This document shows positions 1 through 9,472 of a stretch of DNA of 64,000 bases, in pieces; position 1 is the first letter of the stretch, and every line of letters begins with the position of its first letter. Source of the DNA: an uncultured Solirubrobacterales bacterium (GTDB taxonomy: Bacteria; Actinomycetota; Thermoleophilia; Solirubrobacterales; 70-9); assembly GCA_963714155.1 (NCBI GenBank), contig OY970236.1, forward strand, positions 1,028,028 to 1,092,027, in the 5' to 3' direction. The position numbers and the translations under genes are program-made. The notes under the pieces were generated by a model. That model had not been told where the DNA came from, searched no databases, and saw nothing but the letters and a program-made list of their open reading frames with translations.

Positions 1-3000
1 CGAGCCGTTCGATCCGCTCCGTTACTTCGGCTCCAACCGTCACACCCTGCAGGGCAACGACGTCTCGTTCGCCGGAGTCGAGTGGGCGAAAGAAGTCGGC
101 GAGGCAGATGCGGTCGTGCTTGGGTTGGCGTGGAAAGACCAGCCGCTCGAGCTCGCGCTCCGGGTCATCGGCAGCGAAGACCACCAGCTCGTTGCCGTCG
201 GCGTTGCAGGGGAAGTAACCGAGCCGGGCGCGGGGTCGGAGGTAGTCCTGCTCGCGCCACATGCGCTCGAGCCGCGGCGCGAAACCCTCCTCCTCGGCGC
301 TGCCCTCGACCAGCTCGCGCCAGGCCTCTCCCTTGACTCCGCGCCCGCCCCAGTGCAGCTTGAAAAGCACGTGGCGGTCGAGGTAGGGATAGACCTCGTC
401 GAGATCGATGTCTATCTCGCGAACGCCAAGGAAGGGCGGCTCGGGGATCTGCACGTCGGTGCGCGCCGTCGAGCGTACGCTTGAATCGGTGGTCGGTGGT
501 CCATCGTCGATCACGGCGGGCTTCTCGCGCAGCTCTTGTGCCTCCGCCCGGATCCGCTCGACCAAGGCGTCTCGGGCCGGCTGATCAACCAGGGCGTCCA
601 TCGTGTCGAGCCCCTGGAAGGCGTCCTTGCAGTAGAAGACCCCGGGCTCGTAGACCTCGTCGGACTCTTTCCCCCGTGGGTAGAGGGTGCGGCGGCCGAA
701 GTCGCGGTTGATCGCGGCGCCGCCGATCAGCACCGGGAACTCGAGTCCTCGTTGGTGCAGCTCCTGCACGCAGATCGGCATCTGCTTGGAGGTGGAGACG
801 AGCAGGGCGGAGAGCCCGATCGCATCCGCCTCGTTCTCGACCGCGGCCTCGATGATCGTCTCGACCGGGACCTGCTTGCCGAGGTCGATCACGGTGTAGC
901 CGTTGTTGGTCAGGATCGTGTTGACCAGGGACTTGCCGATGTCGTGCACGTCGCCGAAGACGGTTGCGATCACCACCTTGCCCTTGGTGTGACCGTCGAT
1001 CCGGTCGAGGTAGTTCTCGAGCTGGGCGACGGCGCGCTTCATCACTTCGGCCGATTGCAGGACGAAGGGCAGGATCAGTTCACCGGCGCCGAACTTGTCG
1101 CCGACCTCCTTCATCGCCGGCAGCAGCACCTTGTTGAGGGTGGGGACGGCGCCGATCTTCTCGACCGAGCGGTCGATCCAGTCCTCGACCCCATCCTTCT
1201 TGCGGCGCAGGATGTGCCAGTGCAGTGCCTGCTCGGGCTCCATTCCCTCGGTGGGATCGGCAGCTTCCTCCTCCGCCTCCTCGCCCTTTGACTCAAAGTG
1301 GGAGATGAACCGCTCCAGCGCGTCGTCGCGGCGGTTGAAGACCAGGTCGTCGGTGAGCTCGCGCTCCTCCTCGGAGATCTCCGAGTAGGGCGTGATGTGA
1401 TTGGGGTTGACCATTGCCAGGTCGAGCCCCGCCTCGACGCAGTGGTGGAGGAAGACCGAGTTGAGCACCGCGCGCGGCCGCGGCGAGACGCCGAAGGAGA
1501 CGTTGGAGACGCCGAGCGAGGTCTTCACCCCCGGGATCTCGGCCTTGATCCGGCGGATCCCCTCGATCGTCTCCACCGCCGACGGTCGCCACTCCTCGTC
1601 GCCGGTGGTCAGGGTGAAGGTGAGCGCGTCGAAGATCAGCGCCTCGGGCTCGAGGCCGTGCTCGTCGCAGGCGATATCGCGCAGTCGTTTGGCGATCTCG
1701 ACCTTGCGCTCTGCCGTCTTCGCCATCCCGACCTCGTCGATCGTCAGCGCGATCAGGGCGGCGCCGTGCGCCTTTGCCAGTGGCGCCACCACATCCGCCT
1801 TGTCGCGGCCGGCCTCGAGGTTGATCGAGTTGACGATCGCCCGTCCCGGGATCTGCTCGAGCGCGGCCTTGATCACCTCCGGTTCGGTCGAGTCGACCTG
1901 AACCGGCGAGGGCTGCGTCAGCGAGATCCGCTTGACCACCGCAGCCATCTGCTCGTCCTCGTCCTGGCGCTCGGTCAGGGCGACGCAGACGTCGAGCACG
2001 TGGGCGCCGCCTTCGACCTGGTCTTCGGCGACCTGGACGAGGCCGTCGTAGTCGTCGGCGAGCAGCAGCTCCTTCGCCTTGCGCGATCCCTGCGAGTTGA
2101 CCCGCTCGCCGACCAGCGTCGGCCGCGGCTCCTGGACCAGGGGCGTGGAGGTCATCATCGAGGAGACCTCGATCTCGCCGGGGGCGGGGCGCGGGCCCGG
2201 CGCCTTGCCGTCGACTCGCTCGCGGATAGCGGCGATGTGCTCCGGCGTCGTCCCGCAGCAGCCGCCGACGATGCCGACGCCGTAGCGCTCGACGAACTCA
2301 CCAAGGGTTGCGGCAAGCGGCCCGGGCTCTTCGGGGAAGATCGTCTCGCCGTCGGGCCCCTGCAGGGGCAGGCCGGCGTTGGGGATGCAGTGAACCGGAA
2401 GCGGGCTGTGCTCGCCGAGGAAGCGGATCGCGTCGCGCATGTCCTCGGGCCCGGTCGAGCAGTTGAGCCCGATCACGTCGACGTCGAGCGCCCGCAGCGT
2501 CGTCAGCACCGCCTGGATGTCGGTGCCGAGCAGCATCTTGCCCCCGTTCGGCAGCAACGAGACGCTGGTCTGGATCGGCAGCGTGCGCCCAGTTGCCTTG
2601 AACGCCTCGCGCGCCCCGAAGATCGCAGCCTTGACCTCGAGGATGTCCTGCGCCGTCTCGATGATGATCAGGTCGGCACCGCCTTCGACCAGCCCCCGCG
2701 CCTGCTCCTCGAAGACCTCCACGAGCTTGCCGAAGCTGATGTTGCCGAGGGTGGGGTCGGTCGAGGCGGGCAGGAACCCGGTCGGGCCGATCGAGCCGGC
2801 AACGAAGCGGTCGTCCCCCGCGGCCTTGCGGGCGATTTCGGCAGCCTTGACGTTGATCTCAAGCGTGTGCTCACCAAGCCCCCACTCTTCGAGCTTTAGC
2901 CGCGACCCCTGGAAGCTGTCGGTCTCGACAACCTCGGCTCCCGCTTCCAGCATCGAGGTATGCACGCCCTCGATCACGTCGGGCCTGTTGAGCACCAGTG

Positions 3001-3133
3001 CCTCATGGCACTTACCCGCGAGCCCGCCGTAGTCCTCCTGGGTTAGCTCGAACTGCTCCAGCGTCGCGCCCATGCCGCCGTCGAATACGACGACGCGCTC
3101 CTTGGTCGCGGCTATGAAATCTCGCTCGGACAT
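1..3133 (-). CDS. metH: Cobalamin-dependent methionine synthase MetH (5-methyltetrahydrofolate--homocysteine S-methyltransferase); the 3' end runs off the left edge of the window
   Basis: Absent from the ORF track because it has no stop codon inside the window. My own reverse-strand translation from the ATG at 3133 (alternative ATG 3139) gives MSERDFIAATKERVVVFDGGMGATLEQ. It also shows GGCCGTTPEHI (Zn-binding Cys pair of the Hcy domain), VNSINLEAGR (pterin domain), DVHDIGK plus SALLVSTS (B12-binding DxHxxG and SxL) and the beginning of the AdoMet activation domain. The + strand ORFs 536..1291 and 1298..2899 are antisense artefacts. Confidence 0.93.
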   Translation of the reverse strand, partial: MSERDFIAATKERVVVFDGGMGATLEQFELTQEDYGGLAGKCHEALVLNRPDVIEGVHTSMLEAGAEVVETDSFQGSRLKLEEWGLGEHTLEINVKAAEIARKAAGDDRFVAGSIGPTGFLPASTDPTLGNISFGKLVEVFEEQARGLVEGGADLIIIETAQDILEVKAAIFGAREAFKATGRTLPIQTSVSLLPNGGKMLLGTDIQAVLTTLRALDVDVIGLNCSTGPEDMRDAIRFLGEHSPLPVHCIPNAGLPLQGPDGETIFPEEPGPLAATLGEFVERYGVGIVGGCCGTTPEHIAAIRERVDGKAPGPRPAPGEIEVSSMMTSTPLVQEPRPTLVGERVNSQGSRKAKELLLADDYDGLVQVAEDQVEGGAHVLDVCVALTERQDEDEQMAAVVKRISLTQPSPVQVDSTEPEVIKAALEQIPGRAIVNSINLEAGRDKADVVAPLAKAHGAALIALTIDEVGMAKTAERKVEIAKRLRDIACDEHGLEPEALIFDALTFTLTTGDEEWRPSAVETIEGIRRIKAEIPGVKTSLGVSNVSFGVSPRPRAVLNSVFLHHCVEAGLDLAMVNPNHITPYSEISEEERELTDDLVFNRRDDALERFISHFESKGEEAEEEAADPTEGMEPEQALHWHILRRKKDGVEDWIDRSVEKIGAVPTLNKVLLPAMKEVGDKFGAGELILPFVLQSAEVMKRAVAQLENYLDRIDGHTKGKVVIATVFGDVHDIGKSLVNTILTNNGYTVIDLGKQVPVETIIEAAVENEADAIGLSALLVSTSKQMPICVQELHQRGLEFPVLIGGAAINRDFGRRTLYPRGKESDEVYEPGVFYCKDAFQGLDTMDALVDQPARDALVERIRAEAQELREKPAVIDDGPPTTDSSVRSTARTDVQIPEPPFLGVREIDIDLDEVYPYLDRHVLFKLHWGGRGVKGEAWRELVEGSAEEEGFAPRLERMWREQDYLRPRARLGYFPCNADGNELVVFAADDPERELERLVFPRQPKHDRICLADFFRPLDSGERDVVALQGVTVGAEVTERIERL

Positions 3134-3147
3134 GAACATAGGAGGGT

Positions 3148-3249
3148 AAGGGGTCGGGCGCCCTCCCCCGGAGACCGTCGCGCAGCAGGTCGCCTGACTG
3201 ATTTCAGGCGTGGGGCCGGGAGCCTCCGGGGGAGGGCGCCCGACCCCTT
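3148..3249. repeat. 26-bp perfect inverted repeat (arms 3148-3173 and 3224-3249) around a 50-nt loop that contains a nested 7-bp hairpin (3191-3197 and 3204-3210); lies in the 134-nt spacer between the ALDH stop and the metH start
   Basis: Read directly. Left arm aaggggtcgggcgccctcccccggag and right arm ctccgggggagggcgcccgacccctt are exact reverse complements. The inner hairpin is cgcctga / tcaggcg. No U-tract follows on the transcribed (-) strand. Confidence 0.9.
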
Positions 3250-3267
3250 GCTCAGGCTAAGTTCAGG

Positions 3268-4845
3268 TCAGCCGCGCAGGCCGAGGCGGCGCTTCAGATC
3301 GCGAGCGTTGAACGCTGTGAGAACCCGGTTCACCAGCCCGCGGCGTCCCTTTGTGTAGGGGTACCAGGACGGTTCGTTCTTGCCTCCAAAGCGGGTGACG
3401 ACTATTGACTCGGGGCGGCAGTACTTCTTGATCCCGTAGTCGCCGTGGCGGAAGCCGATGCCGGATTGCTTCCAGCCGCCCATAGGCACGCCCATTGCCA
3501 GCATGTTGGTGATCACGTCGTTGACGTTGACGGAGCCGGCCTCGATGCGGTGGGCGAGCTTCTCCGCCCGGTTCTTCTCGCCGAAAATCGAGGCGGCGAG
3601 GCCGTAGCGGCTGTCGTTGGCCAAGCGCACGGCCTCCTCTGAGTCGCGCACTTTCATCACGCCGACAACCGGGCCAAACGTCTCGTCGCGCATGACTTTC
3701 ATCGAGTGGTCGACGTCGACTAGCACCGTGGGCTCGAAGTAGTCACCCGGCCCGCTGCCTTTCTTGCCTCCAGTCAGAGCACGGGCGCCGCTGGCGAGAG
3801 CGTCGTTCACCTGCTCTTCGACGATCGTTGACTGGTTGGGCGAGGTCATCGCGCCGACGTCCTTCGCGGGCTTGCGGCCGTCGGTGCCCTGGCGCAGGCC
3901 ATCGACCTTCTTGGTCAGCTTGGCGACGAACTCGTCGTAGACCGGCTCCTCGACGTAGATTCGCTCGACCGAGAGGCAAACCTGACCGGCGTTGTACATC
4001 CCGCCCCAGGCGGCGGCGTTGGCGGCGCGATCGACGTCGGCATCGGCAAGGACGATCATCGGGTCCTTGCCGCCAAGCTCGAGGCTGACGGGGGTCAGGG
4101 TCTCCGCTGCCCGCGCCATGACCTTGCGTCCGGTCCGGTCTGAGCCGGTGAACTGAACGCAGTCAACCTCGTCGACCAGTGAGCTGCCGGCCTCGCCGGT
4201 GCCAAGCACGCAATCGAAGACGTCGGGAGCACCGATCTCCTGCTTCCAGGCATCGATTATCTGAACCAGGCTCAGCGGAGTGAACTCCGAGGGCTTGACC
4301 ACAACCGCGGCACCCGCCTGCAGGGCGGGAATCGAGTCCCCCAGCCCCATCGCGAGGGGAAAGTTCCAGGGGCTGATCACGCCGACGACGGGATGTGGCC
4401 GGTACCGGATCGTCAGTTTCTTCGAGGCGATCAGCGGCGAGTGGGGACGGACGGCTTCGTCGCCGATGAACTTGGCTGCGTTGCTGCCGTAGAAGTTGAT
4501 CAGGTCGGTGACGTAGAAGAGCTCGGCCGCGATGTCGCCGCGCACCTTGCCGGTTTCAGCCTGCACGGTGTCGGAGATCTCCTCGACGTTGTCGAGGATC
4601 CAGTCGCGGAGCTTGCCGAGCCAGTGGTAGCGGCCCTCGATTCCGATTGCCTCCCACTCGGCCTGGTTGGCGCGGACGCGGGCTACCGTCGCGGCGATCG
4701 TCTGCGGCGTGTCGACTGCGATCGAGCCGACGGTTTGGCCGTTTGCCGGGTTGAGGACCTCGATGCTCGCGGCGGGTGGTGAACCGTTGCCCCCGTTTGA
4801 ACCGTTGATCGCCGTCGTGCTCGTCTCGACCGTTCCGCTCTCCAC
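3268..4845 (-). CDS. NAD(P)-dependent aldehyde dehydrogenase (succinate-semialdehyde dehydrogenase-like)
   Basis: 525-aa ORF with ALDH hallmarks VSLELGGKDP (catalytic Glu region) and NAGQVCLSVERIYV (catalytic Cys), plus ISPWNFPL. GTG start at 4845 is preceded by a strong SD (gaggagggag on the - strand). Confidence 0.9.
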   Translation of the reverse strand: MESGTVETSTTAINGSNGGNGSPPAASIEVLNPANGQTVGSIAVDTPQTIAATVARVRANQAEWEAIGIEGRYHWLGKLRDWILDNVEEISDTVQAETGKVRGDIAAELFYVTDLINFYGSNAAKFIGDEAVRPHSPLIASKKLTIRYRPHPVVGVISPWNFPLAMGLGDSIPALQAGAAVVVKPSEFTPLSLVQIIDAWKQEIGAPDVFDCVLGTGEAGSSLVDEVDCVQFTGSDRTGRKVMARAAETLTPVSLELGGKDPMIVLADADVDRAANAAAWGGMYNAGQVCLSVERIYVEEPVYDEFVAKLTKKVDGLRQGTDGRKPAKDVGAMTSPNQSTIVEEQVNDALASGARALTGGKKGSGPGDYFEPTVLVDVDHSMKVMRDETFGPVVGVMKVRDSEEAVRLANDSRYGLAASIFGEKNRAEKLAHRIEAGSVNVNDVITNMLAMGVPMGGWKQSGIGFRHGDYGIKKYCRPESIVVTRFGGKNEPSWYPYTKGRRGLVNRVLTAFNARDLKRRLGLRG

Positions 4846-4891
4846 CGTTGCTCCCTCCTCGACCCTTTGGCTGGTCAGCCAACTGTAACCG

Positions 4892-6115
4892 CTATTTGCT
4901 CACCAGCCTGAAAACAGGCCCTTGCTGGGAGCAGACGTAGAGACGCCCACGGCTGTCTTCGCCGAACGAGGTGGGGGAGCTGACGGTGAGGCCGGTCCTG
5001 CGATCGTCGCTCGCCCGCCGCAGGTGGGGGACGAGGCTGCGCAGCACGCCGGAGCAGTAGTCGGCGTAGAGGTAGCGGCTGCGCAATGAGGGGGGACCGC
5101 CGGGGCCGACCAGGTAGCCGCCGATGATCGTGCAGGTGCCGCCGTCGCGGCCCCGGTCGTAGGCCATGATCGGCTTGACCGTGTCGCCGGGGTCCGGGGT
5201 GTCGCCGTCTTCTTCTTCGTAGGGTCGGTAGCCCTCGAAGGCATCCCAACCGAAATTGGCGCCGCTGGCGGCGGCGACGGTGGTGTAGTCGAGCTCCTCG
5301 AAGCGATTCTGGCCGACGTCGCCGATCGCGATTCGCGGTTGCCCGGCGCTTGTCGTGTCGAAGGAGAAGCGGAAGGGGTTGCGCAGGCCGTAGGAGTAGA
5401 TCTCGTCCCGTCCCGGCTTGCCGACGAAGGGATTGTCGGCCGGGACCGAGTAGGGCCGGCCGCCACTTGGCCGCGGGTCGATGCGGAGCAGCTTGCCGAG
5501 CAGGCTCTCCTTGTTCTGGGCGTTGTTGGGAGGGTCGCCACCGGCTCCACCGTCGCCGGTGCCGAAGTAGAGGAGATCGCCGAGGAACTGCAGCTGGCCG
5601 CCGTTGTGGTTGGCGTTGAGCGAGTGGGGGATCTCGATCACCGGACGGCGGCTGCTGCGACTTGCTCGAGTCGCACTCGCACGCTTCAGCTCGTCGACGC
5701 GGATGTCGCCGGCGTTGTCCGTGTAATAGGCGTAGAAGCGGCCGCTCTGTCGGTAGTCCGGCGGAAAGGCGATCGAGAGCAGCCCGCGCTCGCCGCCGTC
5801 GCCGACCAGGCCCCTGATGTCGAGGAAGGGGCGAGAGAGCTTGTGACCGTCGCTCAGCACGGCGACCCTTCCCGGCTGTTCGACGACGAAGAGCAAACGC
5901 GGATAGCCGGGTGCGCTCGCTACATAGGTCGGACTTTCGAAGTTGCCGATGCGCTTCAGCCCGAGGCCCGCGCGCTGTGCAGTGGCCTGTCCGGTTGACT
6001 GCTCAGTCGGGTGCTGCTTCGCCGTGCCGCAGGCTGGCAGTGCAACTAGGGCGAGCGCCGAGAGGAGGACGCTCGAAATGGCTCGTTGCCTCACAAGACT
6101 CACGCTACCCGGCAA
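4892..6115 (-). CDS. PQQ-dependent sugar (glucose/sorbosone) dehydrogenase family protein, probable lipoprotein
   Basis: 407-aa ORF. The N-terminus VLLSALALVALPACG resembles a lipobox. HNGGQLQFLGDLLYFGTGDGG and YSYGLRNPFRFSFD match the soluble quinoprotein beta-propeller family as I remember it. The start could be TTG 6115 or GTG 6103. Confidence 0.8.
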   Translation of the reverse strand: MPGSVSLVRQRAISSVLLSALALVALPACGTAKQHPTEQSTGQATAQRAGLGLKRIGNFESPTYVASAPGYPRLLFVVEQPGRVAVLSDGHKLSRPFLDIRGLVGDGGERGLLSIAFPPDYRQSGRFYAYYTDNAGDIRVDELKRASATRASRSSRRPVIEIPHSLNANHNGGQLQFLGDLLYFGTGDGGAGGDPPNNAQNKESLLGKLLRIDPRPSGGRPYSVPADNPFVGKPGRDEIYSYGLRNPFRFSFDTTSAGQPRIAIGDVGQNRFEELDYTTVAAASGANFGWDAFEGYRPYEEEDGDTPDPGDTVKPIMAYDRGRDGGTCTIIGGYLVGPGGPPSLRSRYLYADYCSGVLRSLVPHLRRASDDRRTGLTVSSPTSFGEDSRGRLYVCSQQGPVFRLVSK

Positions 6116-6118
6116 CGC

Positions 6119-6781
6119 CTATTTCTTTTCGACGACTTCTCCGCTGTCGGTCACTTCGGTGTTGCGCTCGGCCGAGCTGATTTTCACCGAGATGGAGCCC
6201 CCCGGGGCGACTCCGCCGCCGGTCTCGGCTTTGGTTTTGTCGCTGAGCCCGGCCTCGATTCCGTAGACCAGCGTGTAGTTACCGGCCCTGACCGCGCTCA
6301 GCTTCCAGATCACGTTTGCAGTCGCGTCCTTCTTCAGCGCGCCGAAGTCAAATGTCTTTGGGTTTGACGTGGCGGCACCACCGTTCGCCGAGGAGCCGGC
6401 GAACTTCGGGTAATGCTCGGCGAGCACCCAGATCGGCCTGTCGGGCTGGGCAAGTTCGGGCTGAGGATCGTGGATCCCAAACGGCAGGGTGGACCCCTCG
6501 CCCTCCTCGCCCTTGATCGAGACGTTCACGGTCAGGGCGGGAATGGTCTTGTCGCCCGTGTTGCGGACGCCAAGTTTGAGCAGGTAGGTCTGGCCCAGTT
6601 GCTGCTTGGTCGGGAAGCTGGCGTCGGTCACCTGGACTCGATAGGTGCCTTCGGCCTCGTTCGCGTCCGAGGACGGTTCGTCGCCGCAGGCGGCGATCGA
6701 GAGAGCGATGACCATGGCCAGGACAGCGACAACCGCGCCACGGTGGCGCTGACGCGAGACCTCTGTTGCGTGCCCCCCCAA
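6119..6781 (-). CDS. Secreted lipoprotein of unknown function (beta-rich, Ig-like appearance)
   Basis: The track ORF is 6119..6943, but the signal peptide RQRHRGAVVAVLAMVIALSIAACGD begins near residue 64. The strong SD and ATG of the divergent gene at 6874-6886 also argue against the 6943 start. TTG at 6781 is my best guess for the start. No family recognised. Confidence 0.55.
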   Translation of the reverse strand: MGGHATEVSRQRHRGAVVAVLAMVIALSIAACGDEPSSDANEAEGTYRVQVTDASFPTKQQLGQTYLLKLGVRNTGDKTIPALTVNVSIKGEEGEGSTLPFGIHDPQPELAQPDRPIWVLAEHYPKFAGSSANGGAATSNPKTFDFGALKKDATANVIWKLSAVRAGNYTLVYGIEAGLSDKTKAETGGGVAPGGSISVKISSAERNTEVTDSGEVVEKK

Positions 6782-6883
6782 AGCGGTCGGAACATACCAT
6801 GGGGTTTCGCCTGCTCCGAAGCGGGTTAGCCCGAACTCAACAGAGCCCGCTGGCGCATCGCATAGACTCGCCTCAGGAGGAGG

Positions 6884-7693
6884 ATGATGGTCGGATCCGC
6901 GGTCAACAGGGCATTCTTGCCCGCCAAGTCGCTGTTCGAACAAGTCGGGGACATGATGATCCTCACTGCGCGCACGCTCGTGTCCGCGGTGAAGCCTCCC
7001 TATCCCTACGGCGAGGAGTTCATCGGCCAGTTTCTCTTCGCCCTGCAGCTCTGCTGGTTCCCGCTGCTGATCTCGACCGTGGCCTTCGGTTTCGGCGCCC
7101 CGGGCCTGCAGGCTTCTAACTTCCTCTCGCTCTTCGGCGCCCTCGATCGGCTCGGCGGCTTCTTCGTCCTAGCCTCTATCCGCGAGTTTGCTCCCTTCGT
7201 CACCGCGGTCGTCGTCGCCGGCGTCGCCGGCACCGCGATCACCGCCGACCTCGGCGCCCGCAAGATTCGCGAGGAGCTCGACGCCCTGCAGGTGCTCGGC
7301 GTCGACCCGATCAAGAACCTGGTCGTGCCGCGCTTCCTGGCGCTGATGCTGATCACCGGCCTGCTCGACATCTACGCCCTGGTCTTCGGCATCACCGGCG
7401 GCATCGGCGCCGAGCTGCTCTACCACCAGTCGCTCGGCGGCTTCTTCGCCACGCTCTTCTCCAACGCCTCGGTCACCGACCTCTGGGGCTCGGTGATCAA
7501 GTGCACTCTCTTCGGCGCGATCATTGCCGTGGTCTGCTCATACAAGGGGATGACTGCGTCCGGAGGCGCCGCCGGCGTCGGCCGCGCCGTCAACCAGGCG
7601 GTGGTGATCGCCTTCATGGGTGTCTTCGCCTTCAACTACGCCTTCACCCAGACCCTGCTCGCCACCAACCCGGAGCTGCAGACGATCCGATGA
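6884..7693 (+). CDS. MlaE/YrbE-family ABC transporter permease (first of two)
   Basis: 269 aa with multiple TM segments. The motif REELDALQVLGVDPIKNLVVPRF is typical of MlaE/YrbE. ATG 6884 is preceded by caggaggagg. Confidence 0.85.
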   Translation: MMVGSAVNRAFLPAKSLFEQVGDMMILTARTLVSAVKPPYPYGEEFIGQFLFALQLCWFPLLISTVAFGFGAPGLQASNFLSLFGALDRLGGFFVLASIREFAPFVTAVVVAGVAGTAITADLGARKIREELDALQVLGVDPIKNLVVPRFLALMLITGLLDIYALVFGITGGIGAELLYHQSLGGFFATLFSNASVTDLWGSVIKCTLFGAIIAVVCSYKGMTASGGAAGVGRAVNQAVVIAFMGVFAFNYAFTQTLLATNPELQTIR

Positions 7694-8487
7694 ACGCCTG
7701 GCTCGAGGTCCCGCGCGGCTGGCTCGACTCCTTCGGCGAGATCGCCCGCTTCGGCTCGCGCATCGCCGGTCTCGTCTACAGCGGTCGCGTCCTGCGCTTC
7801 TTCGGCGAGAGCCTGCGCCAGGCCGGGATCCTGGTCCTCGGCTCGGCGCTGATCATCTGGGGCCTCGTCTTCATCCTCGGCCTGCAGTGCGGGATCGAGG
7901 GTGCCTACCTGCTGCGTGCCCAGGGCGCGCCCGCCTACGCCGGCGTCTTCTCGGCTTGGTGTGACCTGCGCGAGATCATGCCCTACGCCTTCGGCTACAT
8001 GCTGGCGGCCAAGGTCGGCACCGGCATCGTCGCCGAGCTCGGCGCAATGCGGATCTCCGACGAGATCGACGCGCTCGAGGTGATGGGCGTACCTCCCGTC
8101 ACCTTCCTCTGCGCGACCCGCCTGCTCGCCGCCTGGATCGCCTTCCCCTTCATGTACCTCTGCGGGATCGGGATCATGTACTTCGCCAGCTACCTGGCGG
8201 TCGTCCAGCAGATTGGCGACGTCTCCTCGGGTGGCTATCTGCTGATCTTCTGGATGTTCCAGAACCCGCCAGATCTGTTCTTCAGCTTGATCAAGGGCAT
8301 GTTCATGGCCACCGCCATAGTCATGGTCGGTTGCTATTACGGCTACACGGCGTCGGGCGGCCCGGTCGGGGTCGGCACCGCCACCGCGAAGTCGATGGTC
8401 CTCAATATCGTCTTGGTTCACATCATCGGGATGCTTGGCACCCTTGTCTTCTGGGGAGCCAACCCGCGGGCACCGATAGGAGGCTGA
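7690..8487 (+). CDS. MlaE/YrbE-family ABC transporter permease (second of two)
   Basis: The real start is the ATG at 7690, overlapping the upstream stop (ATGA). The track ORF from 7501 is an out-of-context N-terminal extension. The motif ISDEIDALEVMGVPPVTFLCATRLLA is paralogous to the first permease. Confidence 0.85.
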   Translation: MNAWLEVPRGWLDSFGEIARFGSRIAGLVYSGRVLRFFGESLRQAGILVLGSALIIWGLVFILGLQCGIEGAYLLRAQGAPAYAGVFSAWCDLREIMPYAFGYMLAAKVGTGIVAELGAMRISDEIDALEVMGVPPVTFLCATRLLAAWIAFPFMYLCGIGIMYFASYLAVVQQIGDVSSGGYLLIFWMFQNPPDLFFSLIKGMFMATAIVMVGCYYGYTASGGPVGVGTATAKSMVLNIVLVHIIGMLGTLVFWGANPRAPIGG

Positions 8488-8494
8488 CTAGGCT

Positions 8495-9472
8495 ATGAGC
8501 ATGGACGACCCGACCCGACCCGACGACGCCGAGTTCGAGGCAGAGGCGGAAACGACCGCCGAGGCGGCAGAGCCGGTTGCGCCCGCGCCCCCGAACGGCG
8601 ACCCCTACGTCAGCGAGGACGGCCTGACCATGGGGCGTGACTTCGTCATCCCCGGCGTCGACCCGAGCGAGTCGGACCCCTACCGCTTCCACACCGGCCG
8701 CAAGCGCGACCACGGCGGCGAGGACGCGATCGAGATCATCGACCTGGTCAAGCAGTTCGGCCGCGCCCGCATCCTCAACGGCCTCAACCTCGGCCTGCCC
8801 GAGGACCAGATCTCGATGGTGCTCGGTCCGTCGGGCACGGGCAAGAGCGTGCTGATCAAGCACATCGTCGGCCTGCTCTATCCCGATTCGGGTGACGTGC
8901 TCGTGCACGGCGAGTCGATCCCCAACATGACCGACGACGAACTCTTCGAGGTGCGCAAGAAGTTCGGCCTGCTCTTCCAGGACGGCGCCCTCTTCGGTTC
9001 GATGAACATCTACGACAACACCGCCTTCCCGCTGCGCCAGCACACCGACAAGAGCGAGGAAGAGATCGGCGAGATCTGCAACCGCCGGCTCAAGGAGGTC
9101 GGGCTCAGCGAGGCGATCTACAAGATGCCGAACGAGCTCTCCGGCGGTATGCGCAAGCGCGCCGGCTTCGCCCGGGCCCTGGTGCTGGAACCGGCGATCG
9201 TGATGTTCGACGAGCCCGATTCAGGTCTCGATCCGGTGCGCACGGCACTGCTCTGCGAGCTCGTCCGCGAGGTGCACGAGGAGAACGGCGGCTGCTACCT
9301 CGTGATCAGCCACGACCTCAACACCGCCCGGCGTGTCTCCGATTTCATCGCCGTGCTCTGGAACGGCAAGATCGTCGAGTCGGGTCCGAAGGAGGAGTTG
9401 TTCGACTCCGAAAACCGCTTCGTTAGTCAGTTCCTCAACGCGGACGTCACCGGCCCGCTCTCGATGGATTGA
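8495..9472 (+). CDS. MlaF/Mkl-type ABC transporter ATP-binding protein with an acidic N-terminal extension of about 75 aa
   Basis: Walker A GPSGTGKS, signature LSGGMRKRAGFARAL, Walker B IVMFDEPDSGLD and the H-loop ISHD are all present. FQDGALFGSMNIYDNTAFPL is typical of MlaF/Mkl. The first 75 or so residues are Asp/Glu/Pro/Ala-rich. Confidence 0.9.
   Translation: MSMDDPTRPDDAEFEAEAETTAEAAEPVAPAPPNGDPYVSEDGLTMGRDFVIPGVDPSESDPYRFHTGRKRDHGGEDAIEIIDLVKQFGRARILNGLNLGLPEDQISMVLGPSGTGKSVLIKHIVGLLYPDSGDVLVHGESIPNMTDDELFEVRKKFGLLFQDGALFGSMNIYDNTAFPLRQHTDKSEEEIGEICNRRLKEVGLSEAIYKMPNELSGGMRKRAGFARALVLEPAIVMFDEPDSGLDPVRTALLCELVREVHEENGGCYLVISHDLNTARRVSDFIAVLWNGKIVESGPKEELFDSENRFVSQFLNADVTGPLSMD

Noticed and set aside
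1298-2899. 533-aa + strand ORF (and 536..1291, 1401..1901) overlapping metH
   Set aside because: It lies antisense to a gene with unmistakable MetH motifs. Its product is low-complexity and Arg/Asp/Gly/Leu-rich, typical of the open antisense frames produced by high third-position GC.
3184-3199. B12-box-like string (AGUCAGGCGACCUGCU on the - strand) upstream of metH, suggesting a cobalamin riboswitch
   Set aside because: Only this 16-mer resembles the consensus. I could not find the other conserved cobalamin-riboswitch core elements. The spacer is only 134 nt, and it is dominated by the 26-bp inverted repeat. An Infernal scan is needed to be sure.
4867-4882. Palindrome TTGGCTG-GT-CAGCCAA before the ALDH gene shares half-sites and an 11-mer with GTTAGCTGGCTAGTCAGCCAAC (49205-49226) before the P450 gene
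   Set aside because: The half-site spacing differs (2 nt versus 6 nt). A recurring 11-mer is expected by chance many times in 64 kb of compositionally biased DNA, so I do not treat it as a shared operator.
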